Origin: Heterostelium pallidum
Lineage: Eukaryota
DNA: 64,000 nt
NCBI RefSeq assembly: GCF_000004825.1
Contig: NW_008805103.1
Location: 55,941 to 119,940 of the forward strand
Direction: 5' to 3'
Shown here: positions 39,127 through 52,943 of the stretch, in pieces
How the letters are laid out: each line of letters starts with the position of its first letter
How positions within the stretch are numbered: the first letter of the stretch is position 1
Position numbers and translations under genes: made by a program
The notes under the pieces: model-generated
What the model was told of the DNA's origin: nothing
Seen by the model: only the letters and a program-made list of their open reading frames with translations
The model's database searches: none

Positions 39127-42100
39127 TTGATGACAGTTGTACCATCAAAGACATCTTCGTTCTGCAATGTAAATCAATGGAGTGTATGGAGTCCATATGG
39201 CGCACCGGGTACACTATCCGATGCCAGTGGATTTTCGAATGGTGTAGACGTTTCCGGAAGCATATTATTTGCACAGAAAAATTGGTATCCAAACAATGAA
39301 TATTTAGTCTTGAATCAACCAATACCTTTGTTGAAAGCAGGTGTATCACATACCTTTAAGTTTCAATTCCTTTTGCGTGAGGTCCAACAGTTTGGAAATA
39401 CAATTTCCAATATCACACTGAATTTCTTGCCATACTTTCAAACTGCGGTTGCCGACCCAGAGTCACAGGCATTGGGACCCGTAACCAACTCTAAATACTC
39501 TTACACTTGGAAAGGCTATTTCAACCTTACCAAAAATTGGATGAATCTAACCCATACATTCACACCGACCACCAATATCATCAACTCTGTCATGGTAGTA
39601 CAATTCAATTTGAATTCAAAAACACAGGTATTAGGATATTATTTCAAAGGTTCGTCGCTAATGGTCTCTCAATATCCAGTTGTAATACCACCAAATCTAC
39701 CAAGTTACAGTGAGCTGGTAAAGATTCCGAGACCGACCAACCAAATTGTACCTCAAAATATTTCAAATTGTCCTCATCACAGAGGCGATTTGGTACATTG
39801 GCATAATCCAGCAACCTGGCCTGGCAACATAGTTCCATCACCCAGTACCAATATTACCTTACCGGAAAATAGCCGAGTTTTGATTTCCTCATGTTCTTTA
39901 CAACCAAATGCCATTTACACGAAAATAGAAGTACCACAATCATCGGAATTGATATTTAGTGATGGTTTCTATGAGGTTCATGTCAGAGATATTATGGTCA
40001 TGGGTAAACTTTGGATTGGTAGCAAAGATTGTCGTTTGAATGGAAATGTCACTATTGTTTTCCATGGTGCTAAATCCAATCTCGATACAATACACGATAA
40101 GGCAGGAACCAAGGGTATGGGGATTTCTCGAATGGGATTCGTTAGTATGCACGGTAAAAAGTATTTCAATACCTGGACACGTTTGGCAGCTACAGCATAT
40201 CCCGGTGATTTCATTATTAGCCTTCAAGATCCAGTCAATTGGGAAGTCGGTCAGGCGGTATTCATTACAACCTCTCAAATCGAAGATGAGTTTACTCATC
40301 AAAATGAATTGCTAACGATTGCTGCCATCAGTCAGAGTGGAACACTCATTCAATTCACTACGCCATTATGTTACTATCACTATGCAGGTCCAGAGTATCA
40401 ATCCGAAGTTGGTATGTTGACTCGTAGAATTACTTTGATGGGTGCAATGGATAGTGAAGATGAGAATTTCGGTGGTCATTTCATGTCGATGGGTGAAGGA
40501 CAGATTGCAGGAGTCGCTACCAACAGAATGGGTCAGTTGAATATGATGGGTCGTTATCCATTCCATTTCCATATGGCAGGTACACTAAAGAATTCCTACA
40601 TAACCGATTGTAGTGTTTTAAATGCATATTTTAGATGCTACACCATTCATGGAACAAACAATGTTACAGTCTCTGAGAATGTCGCATTCAATAGTTTAGG
40701 ACATTGCTTCTACCTGGAGGATGGTGTCGAAGAGAACAACACATTGAGTTACAATCTGGCAGCCTATGTCCATATCATTGGTGAGCCTGCATCTGGTTCT
40801 AGTCAAGGTGGTGATTATATAGAAGGAACAGAAAATAGAATTCAACCAGCTGATTCAACTGCATCTGGATTTTATATTTCGTATGTAACATATTTAATTA
40901 ATTATATTGTTTAAAATATATTAACATTTTTTTTGTTGTTATTAGTAATGCGTTTAATAGATTTATTGGAAATGCAGCATCTGGTGGATGGGCAGGATTT
41001 AATCTTCCAAATCAATATAAACCAATGGCTTTAAATAGAAATGTTAGTATGAATCCAAGTGAAAGACCGTTCATTCAATGGGAAGGTAATACCGCCCACT
41101 CCAGTGGTTATTTCTGGGATTTCGGAACAACCGTTTATGTTGGTGGTTTGTTTTGGGAGGATTACGATCCAAACACAAATACATATATTGCCAAATATAT
41201 TTCTGGAAGAAAAGAAAGAGATACCTTTGAATATGGAACAACCAAACTCACCGCATTAAGATTTCAATAATACAAAGACATTCCTTTCCACTGGTCAATG
41301 TATTTCGCATTGGGGTACCGAGGTTGAAGTGGTCGGATACGAGTCACACGATTGTGGAAGAGCAGGTTCACTCTTTGGAAAAGCATGGTTAAGCAATGCA
41401 ATTGTAAATGGACAATCTGGAAACCCATTGTCCTATGATCCTCAGAACTACCATAGACAAGGATTTATGATGTACGACACACTGGTTCAAACGATATTGA
41501 CAAATATCAACTTTAGAAATTTCATTCACAATCCAAACAATCCACCAATTGATGAAGACAATGTTGTCTTTATGTCTCTCACCTATTCGGATCTCTATAA
41601 ACCACAAGGAATCTCTGGAGTCTCCAATATCACCTACACCAATGTCTCTCCAAATCAAATTCTTGGTCACCTAGCAATTGATACTGGATCATCGAGATAT
41701 TTCAACTATATAGATTGGGATGGTAGTTCTACACTTAAATATCCTAATAAAACCTTGGTTGGTTCCCACGTTGATTGGTGGAATCACGACAATAACTGTA
41801 AGTGGAATCCAAATAACATGGGTGTATGGGTTTGTTCGCCAAAGAGACCAGAGATTGAAATTGCCAACTTGGAAATCATCATCCCAGGCATAATTTATTA
41901 CTCTGGTGATTATGGTTTTCCTGCCGAATCAGTAGTAGGTACCTTCTCTTTGTTTGGCAATGGAATCACCGACCGTCGTCAGCTCCAAGTGACAAAGAAC
42001 CCCCAAGTTACAGGTGTCTCCAATATGGGATGGTATTTAAATCTCGATCAAGGTTCACCAGTAAATCATACCGTACATGTTTTCCAAGTTCCATACGGAC

Positions 42101-42474
42101 ACTGGGTTATCTATTCTTTATCTTATCCAGCAGGAACCACATTCAATATCTCCACCAATCACCATAGAAATTCATCGTTTAATCAACCGGTCACTCAAGT
42201 AAACTCATTATCAGCTCTCAGATTAGGAAATGGTTTGAAATATTTCTTTGACCAAAAGAATTTGTTCATCAAGATTGTAGATATTTCATTGACAGGAGCA
42301 GCCACAGAATACTATGAAAGAGGTGGTGTCAGAGTGTACAATTCCAATCTTCCAGGTGAATATTTCCTTGGATTGGAATACAATATTGTTGCCAATTGTC
42401 CACCATCAACTGTTGCACCACTCCCCGAAGGAGGTTCAGTTTGTACTGCTACCAATCAATTACCATACTATTAA
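39127..42474 (+). CDS. CEMIP/TMEM2 (KIAA1199)-like protein with a G8 domain and PbH1 right-handed beta-helix repeats. Exon A is (about 39010)39127..40880 and exon B starts at 40946. There is a frame discontinuity at about 41150..41330. The true 5' end probably lies upstream, because the open frame from about 38986 encodes a signal-peptide-like FLVLFILFIFLSVS but has no ATG.
   Basis: RYPFHFHMAGTLKNSYITDCSVLNAYFRCYTIHGTNNVTVSENVAFNSLGHCFYLEDGVEENNTLSYNLAA matches CEMIP RYPIHFHLAGD...IHHTFSRCVTVHGSNGLLIKDVVGYNSLGHCFFTEDGPEERNTF. GWAGFNLPN matches GFWFIF. YPAGTTFNISTNHH matches CEMIP YPRGTTFSILSDVH. Exons A and B are joined by a GTATGT...AG intron in phase. Confidence 0.75.
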
Positions 42475-42622
42475 TAAATAAAACAATAAATCTATTATAT
42501 TTTAATATATCAATTTTATTTTGTTGTTACATCATATCCCATATGAATATTATTTAATTATTATTTAAATTTTGTATGAATATTTATGTCATTATTATTA
42601 TTATTATTGTTGTTGTTATTGT

Positions 42623-45600
42623 TTATGAAAGATGAGAAATAATTAGTTGTTTTGTGGCATTGGAAATAACTGCTGATTGTGAACGGATAGTGAGACGGCA
42701 CATGTTGGCCTGTGGATTCGATTCGATTCTAAGCAAAACAAACATTGGGTTCTGTGCATATGGGAACTGTGCTGATGCAACCAAATTGTTTGGATTTGGA
42801 TCGACACCCTTGTTGACGGTGAGATTTAATCCTTCGCTCAATACCTTATTGAAATGTGCCATATCGATTGGCTTACTGGTTTTAAATACTTCTTGAATTT
42901 CAACTGGTTTACCTGGTAGAATCTTCCACTTGGCAAAGTAGTCGCCACTGTTCAATTGCAATGGATCAAAGAATTTGGAAATTACAATGGGCAGCTTGAG
43001 ATGGATGGTAATTGGTTTACCGGGTGTCAAGAAATTGATGGCGGCAGTTGGCGATTCCGAGAATTCACCGGTGCAACTAAAGGTGATTGGCTGTTGAATT
43101 TGAGCCTTTGGCTGGATGTTTGGAGCGGTCGATTGTGGTTGGAGTTGGAGGGTGCTCGATGCACTCTCAAAGGTGGTGTTGAAGCTGGTAAGAGGGAACG
43201 ACGAGTTATTACCATAGTAGAGTACGATACGACCTTGAGCACCGTTGTACTCTGATTTCAAACCGATTTGGATGATCGAATCTTCATATAATACACCGTC
43301 GTTGACCAAGCATAAACGTTTGTAGGCATTGACAATCTTGATTGCTAGAGGATCCAATGGTGAACCGGTGGAACCAGTATTTGGTGATCCTGAGCTCGCA
43401 GTTGGCGACAACAAATTATTATGTTGACCGGATCCAAAGGGTGAACCAACTTCTTGTTGATAGTTTTCTGGTTGGAGTTGTTGTTGTGGTGAGAAGAATT
43501 GTTGTGGTTGAGCAATCGGTTGTTGGTACTGTGGTGGTTGTTGTTGATATTGTTGTTGTTGTGATGGACTGGAAACACCAAGACCGAATGGGTCGAGCAA
43601 ATCGAGTTGACTAGTATTACCACCGATATGACTGTTATTTCCTGAGCTAAATGTGTTGGATGGTGGAGTTGAAATTTCGTTTCCGATACCAGCACTTCCA
43701 CTGCTGTTGCTGTTGATGAGATCCTTATTCTCAGAGAATGCAGGAATGACATCGAGAACTGTCTGCATCAGATCTTCGTTCAAACTGGTGAGATTAAGAT
43801 ACTCACAGGCACGTTGTTGAATTTCGGCATCGATGTAGCTGCTGTGTTGACGGAATACCTCTTGGGTCTGTTGGGTAAGCTCTGGGAAGAGATTGACAAA
43901 CTTGGCGTAGGTAGACAATAGCAATGCCTTGGTTTGCAATCCACAGGTGGCAAACTTTCCGTGAAGTGTTTGGAATTGGATGAGTGGCGAACTCGCTGGA
44001 TTGTCGGCGATCAGATGACCAAACTCACCGAGGATATAACCTCCGACCTTTACGAGTGTTTCATGTGCATTTCTGTTTTGGAGAGCGACAAACACAGTGC
44101 TGGCAGCATAGGTCTGGATATCCTCGTGGTTGGTAACAATCTTGACAACACGGAACCAGATATCGTCACTCACGAAATCACCTGCAGTAGTAATCAACTG
44201 AAGGATGACGTCGACGTACCAAGAGTAGTTACTGGCAAACTTCTCTGCCAAATTGGCAATCTTGATGACCAACTCCTCACGAATATTATAATCGGCAGTC
44301 TGGAGATAACTCAATAGCTCTGCAACGATAGTCTTACAAGTTACCTTATCACACATTCCATATAATAAATCCAATGCTCTTCTTCTAATACTGATATCAG
44401 CATCCTTTAATGATACTAAATAATCTATTAGTAACCAACGTAGCCTTTTTATTTCATGTTCTCCATTCAATTCATTTAACTTACATAGAACAGTATCTTG
44501 ATATTTCTTTATCATTACAGAAGTCTCATTGGAGAGTGAAGCGAAATGGGACATTGCTTCCAAACCCAAATATCTAATATTTGTTTCTTTGGCAGTGATG
44601 AAACGACCCAAAAGAATTGATGTTTGTTTTAAAAGTGCTGGATCACTATAAAACATTGTATTAGTTTAATGTTTTTAATGAATGCTCTTACTTTTTTGTT
44701 TTTATATACTTACTTGTCATGATGAATGATAAGATTGATTGCTTCGAATAGTACGGCATTCAATGCATTCTTATGGTTGATGGTACCTGCTTTTGCAGAT
44801 TCCGAAATGGCAAAGATTGCATTGAGAATCTCTGTAAGACGTCTACCAGTAGCATCTTCCAATGGTGGGAAATATCTTAGGAATCTCAATAATTTAACTT
44901 GTAACCATGGACATGGAATATGATAGTAAATATATTCCTTTGGATTCTCTTTTTGAATAATGATCTATATTTTAATAATAATAATAATAGATTATGTATT
45001 AGTACTAATAATAATATAATAATAATAATAATAATAGTTATTATTTTTTACTACTTACCTTATAAAGAAGATGAATTACTTTGGGAACAGCAGGTTCCCA
45101 ACCTTCAGCTTTCTCCGAGACCAAATCAATGAGTAAACTCATCAATGAATTCAAAACACCGAAATCTTGTTCATCCAATACCGAGATTAAACGTTCGACC
45201 CAAGAGTCTGGTGTAACCAATCCCGGATGATTACGATTCATTCTCAAAATAGCTAATGCTGCTCTCTTTTTAACTAATGGTGCTGATGTACTTTATAATT
45301 ATTATTGTTAGTTATAATGAATAATAATAATCAATATCAATATCTTTAATACATACTTGGCAATCAATAACTTTTGAATGAGTGGTGCAAGAAACTCGGC
45401 GGTCTCTTTACCACCGATGTTACAAACGGCAGCCAATGCCAGTGCTTGGAAGTAATCGCTACGTGCCAATAGATCCTCTTTGAATGAATTGATAATCAAT
45501 GGTAACATCTCATGTGATTCATTCAATAGAATACCTAATGATATATAACCCTAAATAATAATCAAATAAAAAAGATATTATTAATAAAATCAATAATTAT

Positions 45601-45991
45601 ATAATAGTTGGTTATTATTATTATTACATACAATTTGTTTCTCAGTGAATTTACTTGAGGATAATAAAGTGACAGCTTCCATATGTCCGAAATCAAGTTC
45701 ATAGCCCAACATGTACATATAGATAAGCTTACAGACATACTTTCTACGTTGGTATCCATCGATATTCTTATTCTCTTTGAACTCCTTACGAATGTGTGCC
45801 ATCTCTTTAGTTACTCTTTTCTCTTCATTCTCTTTGTTTGGTGCTAATATATATTCAAATCTATCAATATAAAATATCCTAACCTATCTATCAATATCAG
45901 ATTATATATATATATTACCATTTCTAAGATCTGATATGAAATTTGTCAATCCTCTCATTGCACCCTTTGATAAATTTGGATTAGCTGCCAT
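42623..45991 (-). CDS. ap2a1: AP-2 adaptor complex alpha-adaptin (large subunit). It has at least five exons. The ATG is at 45991 and the last large exon is 44656..42623.
   Basis: Exon 1 reads [24 protein letters not shown]. The next exons read ...[49 protein letters not shown] (matching alpha-adaptin [38 protein letters not shown]). The last exon reads [23 protein letters not shown]...[14 protein letters not shown]...[43 protein letters not shown]...[13 protein letters not shown]. It is collinear with human AP2A1/2, including the Gln/Pro-rich hinge and the C-terminal appendage ([16 protein letters not shown], like FQPTEMASQDFFQRWK). Confidence 0.9.
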
Positions 45992-46565
45992 CTTTTATCT
46001 GTCTATCCTATCTTATTCCTATCTAAATATTATTATTATCTAGATCACTACTACCACTACTACTACTATATCTGATGAAAATCTCTTATGTAAAATATCT
46101 ATCTATTATAATTTATTTTATTATTTTGTTGATGATCGTATTTATTTTTTCAATGATTATTAATTTTTAATTAATTATACAAATAATGATCATCAATAGT
46201 TAAAAACTAATTATCATAATTTTTTTTATTGCTTTATTCAACTCCAACCCATTAAAAAATTAATTTTAATTTTTTTTTTTTTTTGTATTTTTTTAAAAAA
46301 AAATTTTTTCTCTGGTCAGAAATCATAGTTATATAACTCTAACTCTAATGCCAAAATCACATTTATATTACATCTTCAAAACTTTTTTGCATTTATTTTC
46401 AAGAATCTGATTGAAATAGTCTAATTTTTGTTAAGTTATTATTAATTATTTTATTATTTACAAATATTTAAATCTTAATATATGTTGCACCAACACTACC
46501 AATATTTTTGAAAAATTCCTAAACAAATAAAAATAGAAATTGTTAGCATAAATATTCTATTCGAT

Positions 46566-49500
46566 TTATATAAAATAATAATAATAATAATAATAATAGA
46601 AATAGTGATAACTTACTATACCATATAAAAATATTGGATGTTGATAGTCTTGAATGTCTTTGATGATTGTGTTGATTATTGGTAGGATATCAAGTACAAT
46701 ACTTCTTCCATATGATCCAAAGTAGAATAGATTCAACAGTAGCTTGAATAGCTGTTTGATTATCGGTTTCTTATTATTGTTATTGGTTGATAGTGGTTTC
46801 ATTAACATTAAATTATTTCTTAAAATCAAATGATTTAAATCGATTGGTTTGAAGTGATTTATATCATCACTCTGTTGCTGTTGATCGATCAACAATAGTT
46901 TATCTAGATGTAGTGTTATGCTCTCTGTAAAGGCTGCGCTGTGAACCATCCACGAATGTTTGAATCTCGTTTGTTGCTCGAGATTGTTGGTTTCACCATT
47001 TATAGAGAGTATGAAAACAATGCTGTCGACCAACATCGGAATGAATCGATCGAATATCACCGTCATCAGTTGAGTAGGTATCGGACTGGTTAGTTTCAGT
47101 TCCATTTCCTTTTCATTTTGGCGTTTCTCGTTGTTACCACAACGAACCAAAGGATAGTACATCAACAACCTCTCAATAAACAACCGGAATATCTTTAGCA
47201 ATCGAACGTAATCAACGGTGCTAACTATCGATTTGTAATAACCAAGTAGTTTCGGTAGCAACAGTGCATACTCCTTAATAAAGTATTGCGCTTTACTATT
47301 GCTATTATCATTGTTATTGTTGTTATCGCGTGGAAACTGCTTCATCACACGGTAGATAAGCTGTATTCCACAACCTTTGAGGTCTGCCGACACATGACTG
47401 ATCATAGGAAGACAGTAACTCCTTAGGAAATGATGTCGGTGTGATGCGTGCAATTGCTTTCCAATCGAGGAGAGCAAGTTGTCCAATGACTCACAATTGA
47501 CATCTACCTTTACAAAGTTGGTCAGACGTGATGTAATAGAGTACACTATTGTTGCTTGTGGTATAAGATCGTAGAGGAATAGATAAGTCTCTTTGGTAGC
47601 ACCATCACCACTACCAGCACTGTACATATAACATCCAGTTATCATCTTTTGTAGATCGATATTCAATTGATTAAAATTGTTCTTACAACTCCACAGCAAA
47701 CCTAGTATCTCTACCCTTAAACCATCTAATTTCTTTGAATTATAAATAAACAATAACAATATATCTATAACATAAGCATATTAATATTAATTGTTGTTAT
47801 TATTATTATTGTTGAATCTAACATACCATTCAATATTTCATTATCTATTTGTTGTAAAGATTTAAATAGGTTGATATAATCGATGGTGTGGAGTAACATT
47901 GATTTGAATTTAACTGGTTCCTCTATGATGTTCAATAAGAAGGTATTTAACATTGAATATCTATCATTCTTTGATAGTGGAACTAAAACAAAATAGATAA
48001 TAATAATAATATTGTTAATATATTGATTTAGTAGAAGGTATGTGATTAATTCAAAACAAAATATACCTATTGATGATTGTTTGGCAAATACTTTTTCTTT
48101 ATTTAATAGATTCATAATCGTCTCTATTAAACTACGATGCACACTACCATATTCATTATCTAATAATATAAATGGTAACAATGTCATATAATCAAATTTA
48201 TATTTCTAAATGAATATTTAATTTAAGCTATTAGTAAATATATAATTTGTTTACTTTATCATTTAATCTAAATACATACATTTATAAATTGATTAATATT
48301 TCTTAATCTATTGTAATAATATAGGTATAGTTTAAGTTTCATGTAATATTGTTTTGGTTGATCTTGTTGCTGTAGTAGTTGTTGTTGTTGTTGCTGTTTT
48401 TGATTTGAAGTAGTAGTTGTTATCAATGGTATTGGTAGATTAGTAAGAGTTGTTGCTAATGTTGGCCAATATAAATATTGTATATATAAACAATCAACTG
48501 TAAGATTAAATATAATACTTTCGATATCATTATTATTATTAATTATATTTTGATACTGTCTATCTTTATCTATTATTATTTTCTTAAAACATGGTAGTAT
48601 CTCTTTTATAATAATATTGAATCTATTTATATATTGTTGATGATATTGTTGATTAGGTTGTATTTGATTATATTTTAACATCGATGATATTAATATTGAT
48701 AGATAATCTAACAAAGGTTGACAATCCTCTTGTTGTTGGAGTATGATACTATAGTCATTCGATGGTACAAGTTGATCCAATTGATATTGACTATTGAACA
48801 AAAGTGTAATGATACGATTTTCATTGTTTATACTATTACTATTATCATCTTCATCTTCATCTAAAGATGTATTAGATATACTATTAAAATAACTACACCA
48901 TTTACTTATTATATAATTATATTGTTGTTGTTGTTTGAATGTTGACATGATATCTTTGATTCTTGGTAACGCTTTTGTGAATGTTCGATCGAATCTATCG
49001 ATATTAGGTAGTAGACTGAATAGAGCATCGATTAGAAATTCATTATCTTGTTGACTAGTACTAGTGATCTTGGAGAGATCTAGTAGTTTAGATAGTTTGA
49101 TAACGGAATTAGCCATTTCATCTTTGAGTGCGTTGGTATTATAGGTTGTCGTAGTTGTAGTTGTTGTTAGTCTATCGATTTGACCACTTAGATGACGAAC
49201 TGTTATCTTTAAGGAATTGACATATAACTTCAAGACAACACTAGGAACAACAGTGTTGAGTCGTTTCGCATGCACATACAAATGTCTGTAGTCATTGACA
49301 ATCGATACACCCATCAATTCATCCTGTGCAAACTGATGTCTCTCAGGTAGTGATTCAATGGAAAGTGATTCTTTCATTCTATTCCTAATATTAGTCGCAA
49401 TAGATTTACTTATACTTAAATGATTACCAATATTATTACTGTCATCTTGATTATTATTATTATTATTTACTATTGATATACTATTTAAGAATATATCTAG

Positions 49501-50962
49501 TATTTCTATCCATCTATCTACTCTATCGATTGATATGAATGCAAGATCATATATTATTGTAAATAATTTGTTGAATAACTCTAGATTATTGTTGTTGTTG
49601 GTACTATTATAATTATCAGTATTGTTGTTGTTATTCCTATCATTATCATCGTCATCAAGATAGAATTTGATAGATGGCATTGAACTACCACTCCATCTCT
49701 CAGCCATATCCAACAATAGATTAAGTAATCTATCAACATGAAATTTGCCTTGTTCCACTAGTTTCAATCTTTCTTTGAGATTATCACCATTACTATTGAT
49801 CCAATCAATATACTTTGTTATCAAATTGAATACACCTTGCCAATGACTACTATTATTAGAGCGATCGTGATCATCTTTCAACAAAACATCTTGATTCTTC
49901 ACCACCAAATAAGTTGATATACAATTTAAACTCTTTATATAAAGATATTGATATTCTAAATAAATAAATTAATCTTTATAAGTAAACAACAAACATTTGG
50001 TATTTATAAATAGCATAATAATAATACACTTACCTTGAAATAATATATTTTGATTATATAATTCGTTATAGAAAACAATATCAAATAGATTCCAAAGATT
50101 AACATGTTTTGAATTCAATTTGATTGTTGTATTGAATTGTGAAATGAATCTCTTGATTATCTCTACATTGACTAGTTTGAATGTCTCTCCAGAATAGAGT
50201 GTAATCGCTATTAAATCTTTCATAAACCTTGTTAAAATGTCATTGATTATACCATTCATTGAATCATCTAATAATAAAATTAGTTAAAGTATATTTATGT
50301 TATCTTATTATAAATATATACTTACTGTTTGTAACTAATTTATATGATTTTATATTGTATAGTAATCTATTGATGGAAGTACTGAATTGTAGCCAAAATG
50401 ATAATTGATTCTTTGTATTTAATAGTTTTAATGATGAATATAATGTTGTTGTTGTAGATGATAATGTAGTTGCAGTTGATATATCAGTATCAAATAAAGT
50501 ATTTATATATTGATAGATATTATCGATGGCAATTAATAGTTGTTCTAACAATGCAGATCTAAATGTAGTGTTAATGTTACTCTCGAAGTCATTACGAATG
50601 AAATGAGATAGTCGATCTATAAAATCAATGGTATGATATTGATATTGTTGGATATCGGTGAGTGTCAGTGCTTGAAAAGTAGTTCCCATATCATCGGCAA
50701 TCGATTCACCTTGAAAACACAATGTCAGCTTAGAGAGTAGATCACCTTTACTCTTTGATATATTTTCAAATACCTAAAAGAAATAAATTATCATTAATAT
50801 ATAAATCAAACTCTTAAATATAAGTTTATAAAGTGTATTTACATCATCATTTGAAATAGGTATCGTGAATGTTAATGAATTATTTTCATTCCTTATAACA
50901 CCGTTATTGACCACACCATTGTAATGACTTGATTGCACTTTGACTGAAAAACTTTCAATCAT
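46566..50962 (-). CDS. Large uncharacterised, mostly alpha-helical protein of about 1400-1500 aa with several poly-Asn/Thr/Gln tracts. Multi-exon: the ORF blocks are 50962..50774, 50722..50300, 50259..49969, 49908..48268, 48187..47765 and 47759..46566.
   Basis: Six consecutive long minus-strand ORFs are separated only by short AT-rich gaps with GTAAGT-type donors. The sequence is coding-like and rich in Leu, Ile, Asn and Lys. I do not recognise a family with confidence; it looks like a HEAT/ARM-like helical repeat protein. Confidence 0.55.
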
Positions 50963-51219
50963 TCTATGACATCAGACTGATTAATAATCTGGCTTCAATT
51001 ACATCGATCGAAATAATGATTTTCAAAGTAATTTAATCAAAGTTTAATTCTTGGAATAATTTTAATATATATTATTAGACTATTGATTTTCAGGTTAACC
51101 TAATCTGACAGCCTTCTCAAGATATCAATACTTTATGCTCCAATTTTAATTTATAAAAAAAATGTTAAGAATCATTATTATATTAATAAATTTATTATGG
51201 ATTATCAATCATCATCATC

Positions 51220-51291
51220 TCCCCTTTGGTCTAGTGGTGAGGATTTTCGCCTGTCACGCGAAAGGCCCGGGTTCAATTCCCGGAAGGGGAG
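51220..51291 (+). tRNA. tRNA-Asp (anticodon GUC)
   Basis: TCCCCTTTGGTCTAGTGGTGAGGATTTTCGCCTGTCACGCGAAAGGCCCGGGTTCAATTCCCGGAAGGGGAG. The 7 bp acceptor stem is TCCCCTT/AAGGGGA. The anticodon stem is TTCGC/GCGAA with loop CUGUCAC (U33, GUC, A37). The T arm is CCGGG-TTCAATT-CCCGG and the discriminator is G. It is near-identical in plan to eukaryotic tRNA-Asp-GTC. Confidence 0.95.
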
Positions 51292-51486
51292 TAAATTTTT
51301 TATGGATCTGAGAAATTTCATGTCCGCCTGCGGTAAGAGAAATTTCCCCCAAGATAATATTGTATCTTCACCTATATTTCGCTCATCAAACACCAGCGTG
51401 GACGAAACACTGTCTTCCGGTTCTTCTCTCGTTCACTTCCTGGATTAGCTTACAACAAAAACAAAGAATGTGAACTGTGCTTCACA

Positions 51487-51590
51487 TACAGCAAAAATCT
51501 ATGAAACCGGACAGAGGTATCAAAATATCAAACAGTAATACATTTATTTGTTATAGAAACTAATAAATATATTCTAAGATAGATCTTTGT
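51487..51590. repeat. Left copy of a 104 bp inverted repeat. It pairs with 52944..53047.
   Basis: The reverse complement of 51487..51590 matches 52944..53047 (...ACAAAGATCTATCTTAGAATATATTTATT[T/A]GTTTCTATAACAAATAAATGTATTACTGTTTGATATTTTGATACCTCTGTCCGGTTTCATAGATTTTTGCTGTA) at 103 of 104 positions. Confidence 0.9.
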
Positions 51591-52943
51591 TAAAGATTAA
51601 TTATTAGAAAAAAATTGAAATATTTACCATTTTAAAAAAAAATAAAAAAAATAAAAAACTAAAATTAACTGTGCAATATTTCTGAAGTGATAAAATATTT
51701 TTTATTTATATACTTTTAAATTGATTTAAAAGAAAACAATTAATAGGATGTCTAATAACCTTGGTTGAGGATTACTTGATTCAATCTGTTTGGAATTGAT
51801 TCATATAGTGATTGGCAGTACTTCAGTGTCATTTCATATCAACACTATTAACATTATTTAAGAGTTCTATTGAGTTTAGAATGAATGGCATCTAGTATAT
51901 ATATTTATCTCAAGAATACCCAAGAATTTTAAAAAACATTCAGGTCCTGACTGGTTTGTTTATATATCAAATTTAGTTAAGAATGCATTTTAAGTAAAAA
52001 ATATTATGAGTTTTAGAATATTGATGACAAGTGAGATGTCTTGTACAGTTGTGGAATATACTAAAATTAGTTAAACAATATTATTTATTCGTCGATATAT
52101 ATCATACTCTAAAATTTCTAAAAAATCTGGGAATCTAGAGCTTAAGATAGATTGTCTAAGTATCCAGTTCCATATTAAATTAATGAGAGAAAAGATTGAA
52201 TTTGAATCTACCACTTTCAACTTAATGATAGAATATTAGTTGTTCTATAATCGGGAACTCCTTTAAAGAATAAACTTTCTTTATACTATACTCTCCTTGT
52301 TTTATTTTCGTTTCATCTGTTAAATTACTTTTCTAAAAAAACAATATCCTTGTTTATGTAAAATCAGTTAAAAACCTTTACATTTTGAATATGAAGAAGA
52401 GTCTAAAAGGTTTTTTTTTGATTTATTTCTGAAAGTAATTCCTTAATCCTTTATTATTCTTCTAATAATGTTATTGATTTATCTTTTTAAAAATGTATTG
52501 TTATCCTTTGTTTTTTTAATGATATAATTGATTTTTAAAAAAAATTTTAAATTTTATTTTAAATATAATTGTAATCTTTTAAATATTTATTCTTTTTATA
52601 CATATAGTATTTGTGTTCAGTGATGAGTTTGTTTTTGCTTAGTTTTTCTTTAGTCTTGAAACTGTTGAAAATTAGAATTGTATTTTAAACCAATAACTTC
52701 TTGTGCCGTTCAGTAATCCAAATCAAGTATTCCACAAATCTTTTATCTTTCTGTTAACATTTTACTTGGTATCATTCTTATATATAATATAATTAAATAT
52801 TTCAAAATAAATTTAAAAGTACTATAATAAAAAATATTTTATTACTTCAGAAATATTGCACAAATTAATTTTATCTTTTATTTTTTTTATTTTTTTTTAA
52901 AATGATAAATGATTCAATTTCTTTTTAATTATTAATCATTTAC

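Noticed and set aside
51300-51450. Possible second tRNA or a B-box-like element downstream of tRNA-Asp (ORFs 51197..51448 and 51205..51393)
   Set aside because: The ORFs simply overlap the tRNA and the GC-richer 5' end of the insertion. No cloverleaf can be folded there. The sequence is better explained as the insertion junction plus a direct repeat.
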